The notes beneath the pieces are model-generated. The model had not been told where the DNA came from and made no database searches. It saw only the letters and a list, made by a program, of their open reading frames with translations. Shown in pieces: positions 1-10,901 of a DNA stretch of 64,000 bases (positions are counted from its first letter, which is position 1; each line of letters opens with the position of its first letter). The DNA comes from Glycera tridactyla. Lineage: Eukaryota. The DNA is taken from positions 108,810,001 through 108,874,000 of the forward strand of contig OZ286459.1 of assembly GCA_965644265.1 (NCBI GenBank), in the 5' to 3' direction. The position numbers were made by a program, and so were the translations under genes.

Positions 1-1435
1 ACAGAACTGACCAAAATATATGCCAGTGGCTCAGCAGTCACATTTGAAAATGATTCCATTTCTTGAATGAACTGGAAGCTGTCATAACTACAGTAAGCAA
101 GGATCAGTCATTGATAAAACAGATTTCTATTGGAAATCCAAGTTTGGATTTAAAACATTTTATAATAACACACAGTGTCTTTCCGTATTCTTCAAATCTG
201 TTAATTGAATTGATCTATCTCATATTCCTGCTGCAATTGTGCTAAATTTCCTCCAGAAACCTGTAGTTCACTCCAGTAATTGACAAGTCAAATGAAAAAA
301 GTTCAAATTTTATTTCAGAATTGGTACCAAAATACTTTGGTGATAGTTTGCAAGGAGACTGCGTGGAAAAACAAGCGATGAAGTCTACTCAGTTGAAAGC
401 AGAACACTCAAGAGAACCTTACTCTACACACATTTTGCAGGATGAAAAAGGTTGCATTTGCGAGGTCCATGTGGCGGGAATAAAGAAGTAGTACTAGTAG
501 TAGCATTCCCAATGAGTTGGATCATATCTCAGAGACTCTCAGAAGTTTTTACCTAATTTCGCTATTTTTACGTAACCGCCTGTAAGACAAGGTCATTGGA
601 TTATTTTTAGTTCCAGATTTCCCACGGTTGTCACTATCAACTGGGTGTACATTTTCTACCTCTTGGATGAATCTTACTTCAAAATAGCATGATTAATAAT
701 CACATGAAAATAGAAACAATGAACATGAGAGTGGGTGGCCAATCGAACCAAAAACAAACACTATCAGAGACCTGTTTCCAACAAGTTTCAAGATGACATG
801 ACCAATCCCAGTATACAGCTGACATTACCTTGATGACTATGTGTTGATGGGATATCTAAGAATATTCCCATTTTACTCAAGTTTCCGGCATCGTTTCAGA
901 AACCAGTCATGTCAGAATAGAGATAAAAAACCATGCCTGAGATCTCTGTGACCACATCAAGCCCTTGAAGCTAGCAACACATGAGGCAAGGACTGAGTTT
1001 TCAGAACCCCAATCAGGGCATTGAAAATAATGAAAATATCTACTGCATCAATTTCCTTTTCAACTAGAGGTAGATGAAATCTCAATAAATATATATGTGG
1101 CTTAAAAGTGATGATGCTTCCTATTGTCTCTAATATACTGTATTCTCTCTCCGATTCTGTGGCAGTATACCATGAATCGACATACAGGAGACAAAAAGTC
1201 TGCTTGTATCGCTCCATATTGTCCACATGTTAGTAGGTGGTGAACACTAGTGACTCGGGAGTTGTATGGCCACCTTTGAGTGAATGTTTCAAACATGGGT
1301 ACAATAAAATGCATGCACACATACATTAAATCAATCTAAAATGCACTTAAAAATGTATTTTCACAAATGTCATGAGGACAACATAATTCAAACACATGAC
1401 ACACAACATGCACTGGAGAAACAGATGATCCAGAA

Positions 1436-1639
1436 GTGCCATCTAGTGTACAGTAGTAGATTTGCAGTGATGTGGTTTGACCACTGAGCTCCATCTAGTG
1501 AGGGTTTCCAGAGTGCTGCCACCTGGTGCGGTGGCTGATAGAAGAAACATCAACCAGAAAAAGTAACGAAAGTGACATCATCACTCAGAGATAGTTGTCT
1601 TCTGATGAAAAGATTTCACAATCAAAAGCCACCTAGTGG
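1436..1639 (-). promoter_or_regulatory. Cluster of four co-oriented CTCF-like motifs
   Basis: Minus-strand ACACTAGATGGCAC (1449-1436), TCACTAGATGGAGC (1501-1488), GCACCAGGTGGCAGC (1529-1515) and CCACTAGGTGGC (1639-1628). Confidence 0.55.
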
Positions 1640-2981
1640 CAGAATTGAGAGTTGGAGACACTGAGAGAGAATATCGATTGAAACGGAAATGAACCTTCAT
1701 GCAGCTTGCATGATGAATGGAAAGCATACTGGCACAGCCAGGGTAGGTCCACAGAGCCGAATGCTCTGCTATATGCAGAGTGACATCTTGTGGAAGATGA
1801 GAGAGCAATGCCAGCAATATCCATGATCTTTAATCTAGCAGTGACAGAGAAGGAGAGGAGAGTGGCTCTAGATGAGATCAGAGAGAATAACAATCAGGTA
1901 ATAATTTAGTTTTACATTTCTCGATTGCATCACCTATCCTGAAATAATACCTAGCATATTCTTTCTCCACAATTTTTACAGTAATTAGAAGTGCATTATT
2001 TATATCAAACACATTTTGCTGAGACACACTCACATATTTGTATTACTGCTCCATCTAACATACTACACAGATTGATGAACATAAAATAATGATCCCGAAT
2101 GAATAAGATGATGACATCGCTTTGGAGTTCACATTCAATCGTTGCAAGCCAGGGGGAATGGGAACATAATACGGGGCTCTTTCGATTACTTAGGGTTCAT
2201 CAATTGTCAAGAAAGACTGTCTGTTTGATACTCAATAGAATTGAATTTAATTAGTGATGCAGTTAATGGGCCAATGATTTTTGGATGTCTGATGGATTGA
2301 GCTCCATACTCACCAGGATAAACTGCAAAGTCTGATGACGGATTATAGTTAGAAATTGTATCCATGGAAGATTCATGCTATATCCCACAGATGTTTGATC
2401 TTGATAAGGTTGAATCACACCAAATGGAATATAACTTGAATATTTCACAGGCATAATCTCTTGCTTTTATACCACACATATCAATCACAATGTAACATTC
2501 CAGCATGTAGGAGGTGGCAATTATATTCCTAGTGGGCACATATGGGAAATCCTGTGCTGTGAGATTTCTTCATTTGCCCAGAAAACTAAAGTGTGCTGGT
2601 CATTGCCGAATCATGGTGATATTTCTGATGTCTGATAAAGAACCAATTGGGCACATTCATGAGTAAACCAAGCTCCATTTTTTCATTTAATGTGCGCCGG
2701 ACATAGCTTAGGAATATCTCTACCGTTACACCAATAGCAACCTCCTCTTCCAAGATATTTGTGGTATAAAGCCTATTTCACTAGTCTACAGAAACACCCT
2801 TCTCATGGTTCTAGATGTTTTCCATCCCAGAAGATAATTTGTGAATCCAAAAGATATCAGCGGAAATACAAGGTCATCCCAAGCTCATGTGAACTTCATT
2901 GATGGAGTACAAAATGGACAGTGAGCATATAATCACTCTGACATCTGGGGTGGTGAAATCAAGATTCATACTTTAACAAAC

Positions 2982-3191
2982 TTTATTATTATCCAGGGAG
3001 CAGAGGGAAAGCAGGCTGTGGGCTAAAAACATTTAATCTGAATGATCTTTGCTGGCTGGCTGGCTGAAAAGAAGATATACATGATCCACCTAGAGCCAAA
3101 TACTCGGAGGTGCCAAATAAGGAGAGCAAGATGAGAAGTTGGGGGAGAATGAAGGAGTGTGAGAGGTCTGCTGACGAGAAGCAGGAGTGAT
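2982..3191 (-). other. Candidate alternative terminal or poison exon: acceptor at 3191, in-frame TAG at 3092-3090, AATAAA at 2987-2982
   Basis: CACTAAC-acttgctttctctcttcag|ATC. Phase-0 reading gives 33 codons and then TAG. Confidence 0.45.
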
Positions 3192-5781
3192 CTGAAGAGA
3201 GAAAGCAAGTGTTAGTGATTGAAACGATGCCAGTCATGGAGTGTACTAACATCAGGCGAGCGAGTGAGTGAGAGTTCTCGGATCACGTACATGATCCCAT
3301 TCACAATTATCATACCGCATCAATTTCTTGATCAAATTATCAATGAACAAAGGCATACAAAAGAAACACAAGTACTACATTCAAAACAATGACTAAGTGG
3401 GCAATGGTAACTTATGTATGATTATTTGCATCAGTTCTCTCATTGTCACATCCACGTCTCCCAACCAGAACTTACAACTTCATCCAAGTTCAAACAAGCC
3501 TTCAGAAGCTTTGCCATATAAATGAAAATAAATCTAGGCATCATAATTGATTATCACAGAATTGCATGAAGGGTGTTCAAAATATGGGGCATATATCCTA
3601 AGATACTCAAGGATGGGGTATTTCAAATTTGAATTAAGCCAATGAGGGGAGCTACTGCTCACCGGGCAACTACAAAGAGAGCCAAAATGAACTGATATTT
3701 CAAATGTCCGGCAATATCTGTCAAAAAAGGCCGATATCTGAACAGAAGTTGTCCCAATCTTTATGTAACACTGTGATCTGAAATAATATAACCATGCAAT
3801 ATCTTGTGGTTGGGAATTGGCTTGATGCAACAATGAGAGAGGTCTATGGTTGGGCAAAATACCATGATACTTCTTATGGATCTAGGGGGCTAGTGAGGAT
3901 GGATACAGAGTGAAAGGTATGTACACATTACAGAGCATCCTGTAAGACTTCCATGGACTCTCACTAGTTTGAATCCTTTTGCAAATCTCACAGGATGGTG
4001 TAGAATAGGCTTTGAGTCTTATTCTCGTACCACAGATATAACTAAATATTAGCAGACATATTCCAACAGAAAATTGTATGTGTCTATATGGTACAGCCCA
4101 GAGCCTTACAAGTACCCGAAATCAAGTTCAGTGTCCAGATGAACTATGCCCCATCCGGGCATGGTCTATGGATTTCCTGTCATCAGGAATACGATGAGGA
4201 CACCATACATTCTTGATCTTCCATTACTAATGAAACGTCAAATCTGTGGTAAAATAGCTCTACTGCTGCATATGACTGACAACCTTTATCAAGACAAACA
4301 CTAAGCACTTCGACGTTGTATCAAATTGACACTTGCATTGTCAATTGATTCTGTTCACTTTTCACCTGTGCCATTTTCAACGATTGGTTACTTTCAAAAA
4401 TGGCTGGGATCACTTGCCTACAAGAAAATTCCATGTCATCTGAGCACATTTTATTTGCCCCAATTAACCCCCATCAGGGAGATGATAAATGATCAAAATT
4501 TCAGCTTGAAACTAATTCTGGTGATCTGAACATGCAAGTGTCAATCAGTAGAGGAATGGTACTGCTGGGTTGTATCAAGGAAAGGTACAACCCACTGCAT
4601 TATTTTCCTTTGCATCAATTCTGTTAGGATAGTTCATGCTGTGAGAGTGGCCCTAGATATTTCATTTGGTGCTACAAGCTTCATAACTAAGAAGGCATCC
4701 ACAAACAAGCATCCCTTTGAAAACTTGACGAATGAATGTCATCCAGAAAACCGGAGTATAATTTTCAAGTCAAACTTGAAGTTCTAGTCAGATTTTAACA
4801 AATTCTGAATTCTTGTTTTTTACGTAGTTTTTGAAAAAAAAAATCTCATCACTGGATACCATCTTTAGGCAGGCATAAACCATCAAATTTGTCTATGATT
4901 AATGACAAGCAGGCTACATGTATTATGTAAGGTGAGGTAGAGAAAATGCAGCTTTATTTTAATTCAAAAAAGAGAAAATGCAGCTAAATAGTTCCCAAGC
5001 ATGTGCAAAAGTTACTGGTTCCCTCATTTAATGTGCACTAACCCATTATGACAGGCAGGAAACTTTCATACTACAGGGATGAAGATGGTGACTGATATCC
5101 AAGCTTCAAGAGCAATACTTTCCTTGGAGGATGCATCAGAAGCTCCATTACATTACATTAATGTGCGCAACATTAAAGCTCAGCCATCACAAGAAACTGT
5201 TACCAAGTGTAAATAGCTTGGCCTGGTGGGTACGAAATGGCTTTTGGAAGATTTTCGAATGGGATGGAGTGATATCAGCTTTAAACTCACATCAAACAAA
5301 GTGCTCACCTTGAACACCAAATGTAAAATGAGGGGAAAATTTCAGGATGTATAGTGGCAAACTTGCAAACCACTTAAACTGCCCAAAAAATGAGAGAAAG
5401 TGACACTTCCATATCTGAACTGATGAGAGGGAAAATAATTTCAATGAGGTAACATTGAGTGTAATAGTCTGTTCTATTCAAGAGATCTCAGTCTCCCCTG
5501 GAGTTACTAATTTTGCAAAAACCGACCAGACTGAAGCAGTGTGCAAGATGCCTTAGAAGCAGCATCTAGAATTTGCAAGTATTGTGAACTGGCTTGACCA
5601 TGTTTTGAAACAACATTCTTGATCACAAATGTTTCTAGTGAAAAGATAAAAAGGAGGAAATAAGCTGCATTCAGACCGATTAAAAATCTACACAGCTTAA
5701 CATGCAACAGTTGGCAGTTTGGTTCGGAGGTGACCCATTATCCTAGTTCTTTGTCCCAACAATATTAGAGCACGGTAGTAC

Positions 5782-5813
5782 CTCGTAACTTTGGCGAGGC
5801 TGCGAGGTGAAAC
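5782..5813 (-). other. Candidate 32-nt exon VSPRSLAKVT, resembling the start of vertebrate PTBP1 exon 11
   Basis: tttctcatcacag|GTTTCACCTCGCAGCCTCGCCAAAGTTACGAG|gtacta. The donor is weak. Confidence 0.25.
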
Positions 5814-6700
5814 CTGTGATGAGAAACCACTCAACAAAACCAACCTCTCGTGGGGCAGCACTTGCCTGGAACAGCTTCGCTATTTGACAATATTTCCTCT
5901 AATGTGAGGTCATTTCCTTTGAAAGATTGGGTGGCATTTAGGGTGGTCTCCCATCACAGGTTTCACGTACTACTAAATAGCAATTATAGTCTTGATAATC
6001 TCTGCCACCAGCACTGGATAACTACCTATAGGTCCAATTATGCAGAATGATCATCCCACTTAAATCTGAACATACAAGTGATTGATTGATTGATGGAGCA
6101 TAAAACAGACAATGGCATAAATTCTTCACATATATATGGCCATCCATCTTTTTCCCCATGTTTTTAAACTCAATATGACAATACATGGCATTTCTAACTC
6201 TGAACCTGAAAAATATGGAAGAAATATTTATGTCCACATATCCACATAGGCCAATTTTCCATATGACCAATGGATGTCTCCGTAGACAGATTAGACCATA
6301 ATGTGGTGGTGCATGAATTGACTGAAAAATGATCAACAATCTTTTTTTTTCTTTTCTGATCAACAATCTTGTATGTTCAGACAAACGCATTTCCAAAAGC
6401 AAAAATGGGTATGAGCATACACAGCCCATACACACCTCATTACTATCTTAGCACTTCACAGCAGGTCAGCATGCAGTCAAAAGGTCATCTAAACTACATG
6501 ATGGAAGTTACCATTGCCCACATAATGTCCGTACAAATACAGATTCACATAAAATTTACATCACATTTCTTTCAACAATTGAAAATCTCAGTTTTGGTCA
6601 AAGAAGAGACAGACAGCTCAGGGGGATGAGCATGAGTATGAAAGACATTATGAGCTTGGTCTGAGGTGTGCAGGTGTGAAGACACTGGTGTGAGTCCTAC

Positions 6701-6834
6701 CTGCTCATTGAGGTTGGAGACGAGAAGCACTGGTCCAGTGGCGGGTTGTCCTGGCATGCGCATGCCCGCGGCACCGAGAGCTTGTATGTGCTGTGCTGGC
6801 AGTCCAAGGCCAAATGGTGATGCCGCCGCTGCTG
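6701..6834 (-). CDS. PTBP1: PTB coding exon, end of linker and RRM3 beta1 (134 nt, phase 1-0): AAAASPFGLGLPAQHIQALGAAGMRMPGQPATGPVLLVSNLNEQ
   Basis: Acceptor atgttcag|CAG, donor CAG|gtagga. VLLVSNLN is the PTB RRM3 start. Confidence 0.95.
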
Positions 6835-8651
6835 CTGAACATATCAAGAACAATCAGTCAAAATCAAAATCACCCTGGTAAATTCGAAATAATGAAACAT
6901 TCATTCAATTCCAACACTGTTAAACGCAAGTCATGCGGACACATTATCCGTAATCCAGTGCGATATCACAAAAATTTCCCTCATATAGTCTCCAATGCAT
7001 CTGATTCCAGCTGATTCCGAATTTTAATTCTTGCATGAAAATGAGCATCAGAAATGCAGTGATGCAAGTGCATAAAAACTAAATTTCCTGAAACCTGACC
7101 TAATTCCCTGAAACGACACCCCTATACTTGGATTTTGAATTTCGTGACTAATTTCCTGAATTCAGGAAATTTCCTGAAAATTGGAAATGGAAGCCTGATT
7201 TATGAAATTTTGGCTACCATATATGAACCAATATGGAGCACTTATGAAGTTGGAGACATTACATGTGGTAAGGCGATGGTTTCGTGTAAATTTATTGTGA
7301 GCAAGCATGATCCCAGCTGGATCAAACACAGATGCTTCATCAAACATCGAAGCTGGAAATTCTACTGAAAACAGGTGCAAGTACTGCTTTCACATGCATC
7401 CATTACAAGTTGCATCTGAAATATCTGCCCTGGCTAGTTGCATCACTGCAAATATGGTGAACTTTGATGTACCATTCATAATATCGCTCTTCTAAAGCTC
7501 AATAGAAGTAGTAGCTGCGATCAATGTCGAGTGAAAAAGTGGAAATTTTTGGAAGTAGTGAAATGCATATACGACATAGATTTGGTCATCCAGATACACC
7601 CAGGCAACACTGTGGATGGTATTTTGAGAATAGATCTGGCTGCACATGCAAACTAAGTCACTCCTGAATGAGAAAACTTCTCAGCCTATGACTGGTCAGC
7701 ACCGACGAACCTATTTAAATCACGACATCAACCAATAAATTATTACATGTATGCAATGAGACCAACGAGTGAGACCAATCGACATGTAGAAAATCACACC
7801 TAGCTTTGAGAAAATGGAGGAACGCTAAGTTACTCTAGTGTCAAAGACTGATCCTGGACATAAATTATGGTACTGCATCAAACTTGATGTAACTCGCCAA
7901 ACAAAATGTGTCAAGGTAGTCAAAAATTGGCCTGGGATGAGTCTGTTTGTAGCATAAAACAGACCACTTTGATCAAGCATATACCCCAATAATGCCAAAA
8001 TCAATATTTGAGGACTTTAGTATGGGAGAATTAAGAAGTCATTGGGAACAACAAAAACTGACAAAGGCTCAGAGATATCACTTGCAAAAATTATGAGAAT
8101 GAAAGTTTTGACTGATGATTCTCATTGCCATGTGCTCTGTGTGAGTCATAAAATTCTCTAAAGCAGCATGATAACCAATAGTGTGAAAAATGTTCAAATG
8201 TTTTGAATAATTGAAAAATCTAAAGATGATGGATTGATCTGAGTGTGGATTTTGGTATCCAAGACACCAGACAGAGTTGAAGTTGGATGCGAAAGCTAAT
8301 CATTTCATCAAGATGAATAAAAAACCAAGATGAGATCCGGAGTCGTAGAAAATACCTGAACTGGGATGTCAACCACTGATCATCAAAATGTGATTATTTC
8401 AATTTCAGAAAATCTAATGATATGAAATAGTTTTGGGGCAAAATGGACTGTTGTGAATATTATGATATACAATCGAATAATCACCAAACTTATCATATCG
8501 ATAACCTGACAAATATGTGAGAATAGATCCTATGTTATAAAGAGACAAGTTGAGAACCGAGAAGAGACCATCGATAGAACAGATTGAAGAGAGACAGAGG
8601 AACCAAGAAGTAGTTCATGCAACACACGATGGACGGAATTAGTAATCTTAC

Positions 8652-8678
8652 CTTGCAAACCTAGATGAGGTTGACCAG
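8652..8678 (-). CDS. PTBP1: 27-nt microexon (phase 1-1): (A)GQPHLGLQ
   Basis: Long tract ttctcttctgttttttcttttcattcactccag|CTGGTCAACCTCATCTAGGTTTGCAAG|gtaaga. Stop-free in the PTB frame. Confidence 0.75.
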
Positions 8679-8944
8679 CTGGAGTGAATGAAAAGAAAAA
8701 ACAGAAGAGAACCCCATTTTATACATCACCACTGTCAGCGGGGACAACACATACAATCAGTACATCGACACCGAATACACAAATATGGAAATCGAAATCT
8801 AATATTAGATTGGGCAAACCATGTGTGTCAAGCAGCACTTTTTCTCCTAGTTAGGATTTTTCAACAATCAATTAACGACATGGGATTCTGGGGCATGGGG
8901 GTTCTTTATGAGTGAGCAAATTATGCTGGAAATGAAATTCTTAC

Positions 8945-8986
8945 CTTTGTTCATGACCGGTTCCGGTCGATCCATGACTTACTGAA
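8945..8986 (-). other. Candidate regulated exon with one donor and three acceptors: 42 nt (in-frame TAA), 37 nt (frameshift) or 33 nt (in frame, MDRPEPVMNK)
   Basis: Pyrimidine tract ctgtccatcctccctttcccccAAG-ttCAG-tAAG and strong donor AAG|gtaaga at 8944. Confidence 0.6.
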
Positions 8987-10173
8987 CTTGGGGGAAAGGG
9001 AGGATGGACAGTAAGAACTAACTAAATAAATGTAATATGTGGATGGTGAATGAACTAGCTAAGTACGGATGACAGTGTATACAGATCACAAGGCCACATT
9101 TAGCAAATGTCCAGTAGCCCCTGTTTTATTTTTTTATTTTTCCAGTAGCTGTTTCACAAAAGCATAAGTGCCCTAACACTGATGTAATCAGTTGATAGCA
9201 GTTATCAACTGTTAGCAACAATTTTGAACACTCAAACTTCACTGAAATGGGGCTCCGTGGACATCCCGGCAGCATTAGTGACAGTAGCCATAGCCACAAC
9301 AACCACAATATAACGAGAAACATGCTGTAAATACACATTGCAGGAAAAATCCAGCGATACAATGCCAAAATTTATAATTCCCACAATTATTCACATATGC
9401 TCTTTGTAAGCCTCTGTAAATATTTGAGGAAACAAAATTAACTTTGAACTTCTAAACAAATCATAACACAGACACCAATATTTTTTGCAGACTACCCACC
9501 TGACCTTCAAACAAGTCACAGAAAAATCTTTCATATTATTTATTTTTCAACTTTTATTGGAGGGGGGGGGGGGGGGGGGGCATATATTTTGATGAGCATT
9601 TGCTGATAGTCATAGCTGGATCATATAAGATATCACAGTCAAATGCAAAGCAATGACAATACTGACTTCGGTGATAAACTATTATCACTGCTCATTGAAA
9701 TTGCTGCAATGTTATTCTAAGCCCAAATAAGTTTCACCAGACTATATGATCTCTGCAGTAAGATAATCATTTCCATTTGCACCAGCAAGCTTTCAAAATC
9801 TGGTGCTTGGTTCAATGACAGTTTCATGAATGGTCTTCATTCCAGGAATGATATTCACTGTTGAGACAGCACTCATGAATTTGATTCATGAAATATGCAC
9901 AAAGAGATCCAAATGACAGTCAATCTTCTATAGAGTCATCCAGAGCAGAAACATATAAGTGCGTAATAACAAATATCAGGTACAGGGAACCAACTCCTCA
10001 TCCTATTGTTACCAATCTGTCAGACCTAGACTATTAGAAATAAATTTTGAGAGCTACTCCAATGAGATATAAGTCATATCGATTACTAGAGTAACACTCA
10101 TTTTTGCACATCACACTGATGAAATGTCGCATACAGAAAACACTTTGGGGACTGATTATGGTAACAAACATAC

Positions 10174-10191
10174 AGTGGGTAGGGTCGAGGG
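10174..10191 (-). CDS. Candidate 18-nt microexon (phase 1-1), (A)LDPTH. An upstream in-frame acceptor at 10230 would give 57 nt.
   Basis: Branch ACTAAC, then cttcgtcccacctccag|CCCTCGACCCTACCCACT|gtatgt. Stop-free in the PTB frame. No homology recognised. Confidence 0.5.
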
Positions 10192-10820
10192 CTGGAGGTG
10201 GGACGAAGTTCACCATGTTAGTTCTCACTACTAGCAAATGAATTTGCTGGATCTGTACACATGTCGTCTGTTGCTAGATGATTCATCTTCACATGATACT
10301 GATGGAATGGGTGTGCTTGTGCACGGCCGCTCACCAAATAAGCATGCAGATGTGCTGTGAGCAAAATGTGGAGGGATGGAAACAGAGTCAAAGATCACTC
10401 TTAAGCCAAATTATTCAGCAAGAATTCCCATCAACAGACTGTTCTTGCTGGCCTGTGGTCTAGTTTCAATAATCTATAGATGTCTATAGCTTGAAATCCA
10501 ATAAATGTGGCAGCATTTTCGCAGCACCTTAACACCAAAATTGGCAAAATTGAGTGAACATCTAGGAAGCAGGATCTCCAAATGAAAGGAAAGAGCCTGC
10601 TGATTTTTGAGAATAATACTGCCTCAACTACTAGCAGTATCATCAATTAAATTTATTGTTTTAAAATATCATCAAATTACAAAGATTTCTTCAATCGGAA
10701 TACACTCCACATTGAGCTAACATTGGGCAGACAAATAGGGTTTAGTAGTAGCGTAAGCAGGTGGCTAGTTGAAGGGAAAGCATGGATGGCTGATTGATAA
10801 GCGGTAAAGCGGGTGCGTAC

Positions 10821-10901
10821 CTCCTAATCCTGGCCCGTACGCTGTTAGTTGAGATCCAAAACCCGGCATTGCAAACGGTGACGCCAGCACACCGGGGGCA
10901 C
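10821..10901 (-). CDS. PTBP1: Linker cassette exon (81 nt, phase 1-1): (S)APGVLASPFAMPGFGSQLTAYGPGLG, homologous to vertebrate PTBP1 exon 9
   Basis: Acceptor gtgaag|GTGCCCCCGGT, donor GAG|gtacgc. Stop-free and frame-preserving. The peptide resembles GAPGIISASPYAGAGF (recalled). Branch-like AACTGAC lies about 25 nt upstream. Confidence 0.85.

Noticed and set aside
267-491. Stop-free plus-strand frame of about 75 codons
   Set aside because: No recognisable homology and no convincing splice pair.
1567-1600. 34-nt AG...GT segment matching exon-11 length
   Set aside because: Encodes KTTISE*, has no similarity to RRM3 and has a weak donor.
9243-9324. Acceptor-like tgtatttacag at 9324 within the linker cluster
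   Set aside because: The phase-1 reading stops after 16 codons and the only donor seen (CA|gtgaag) is poor. It cannot be excluded as a poison exon, but it is unsupported.
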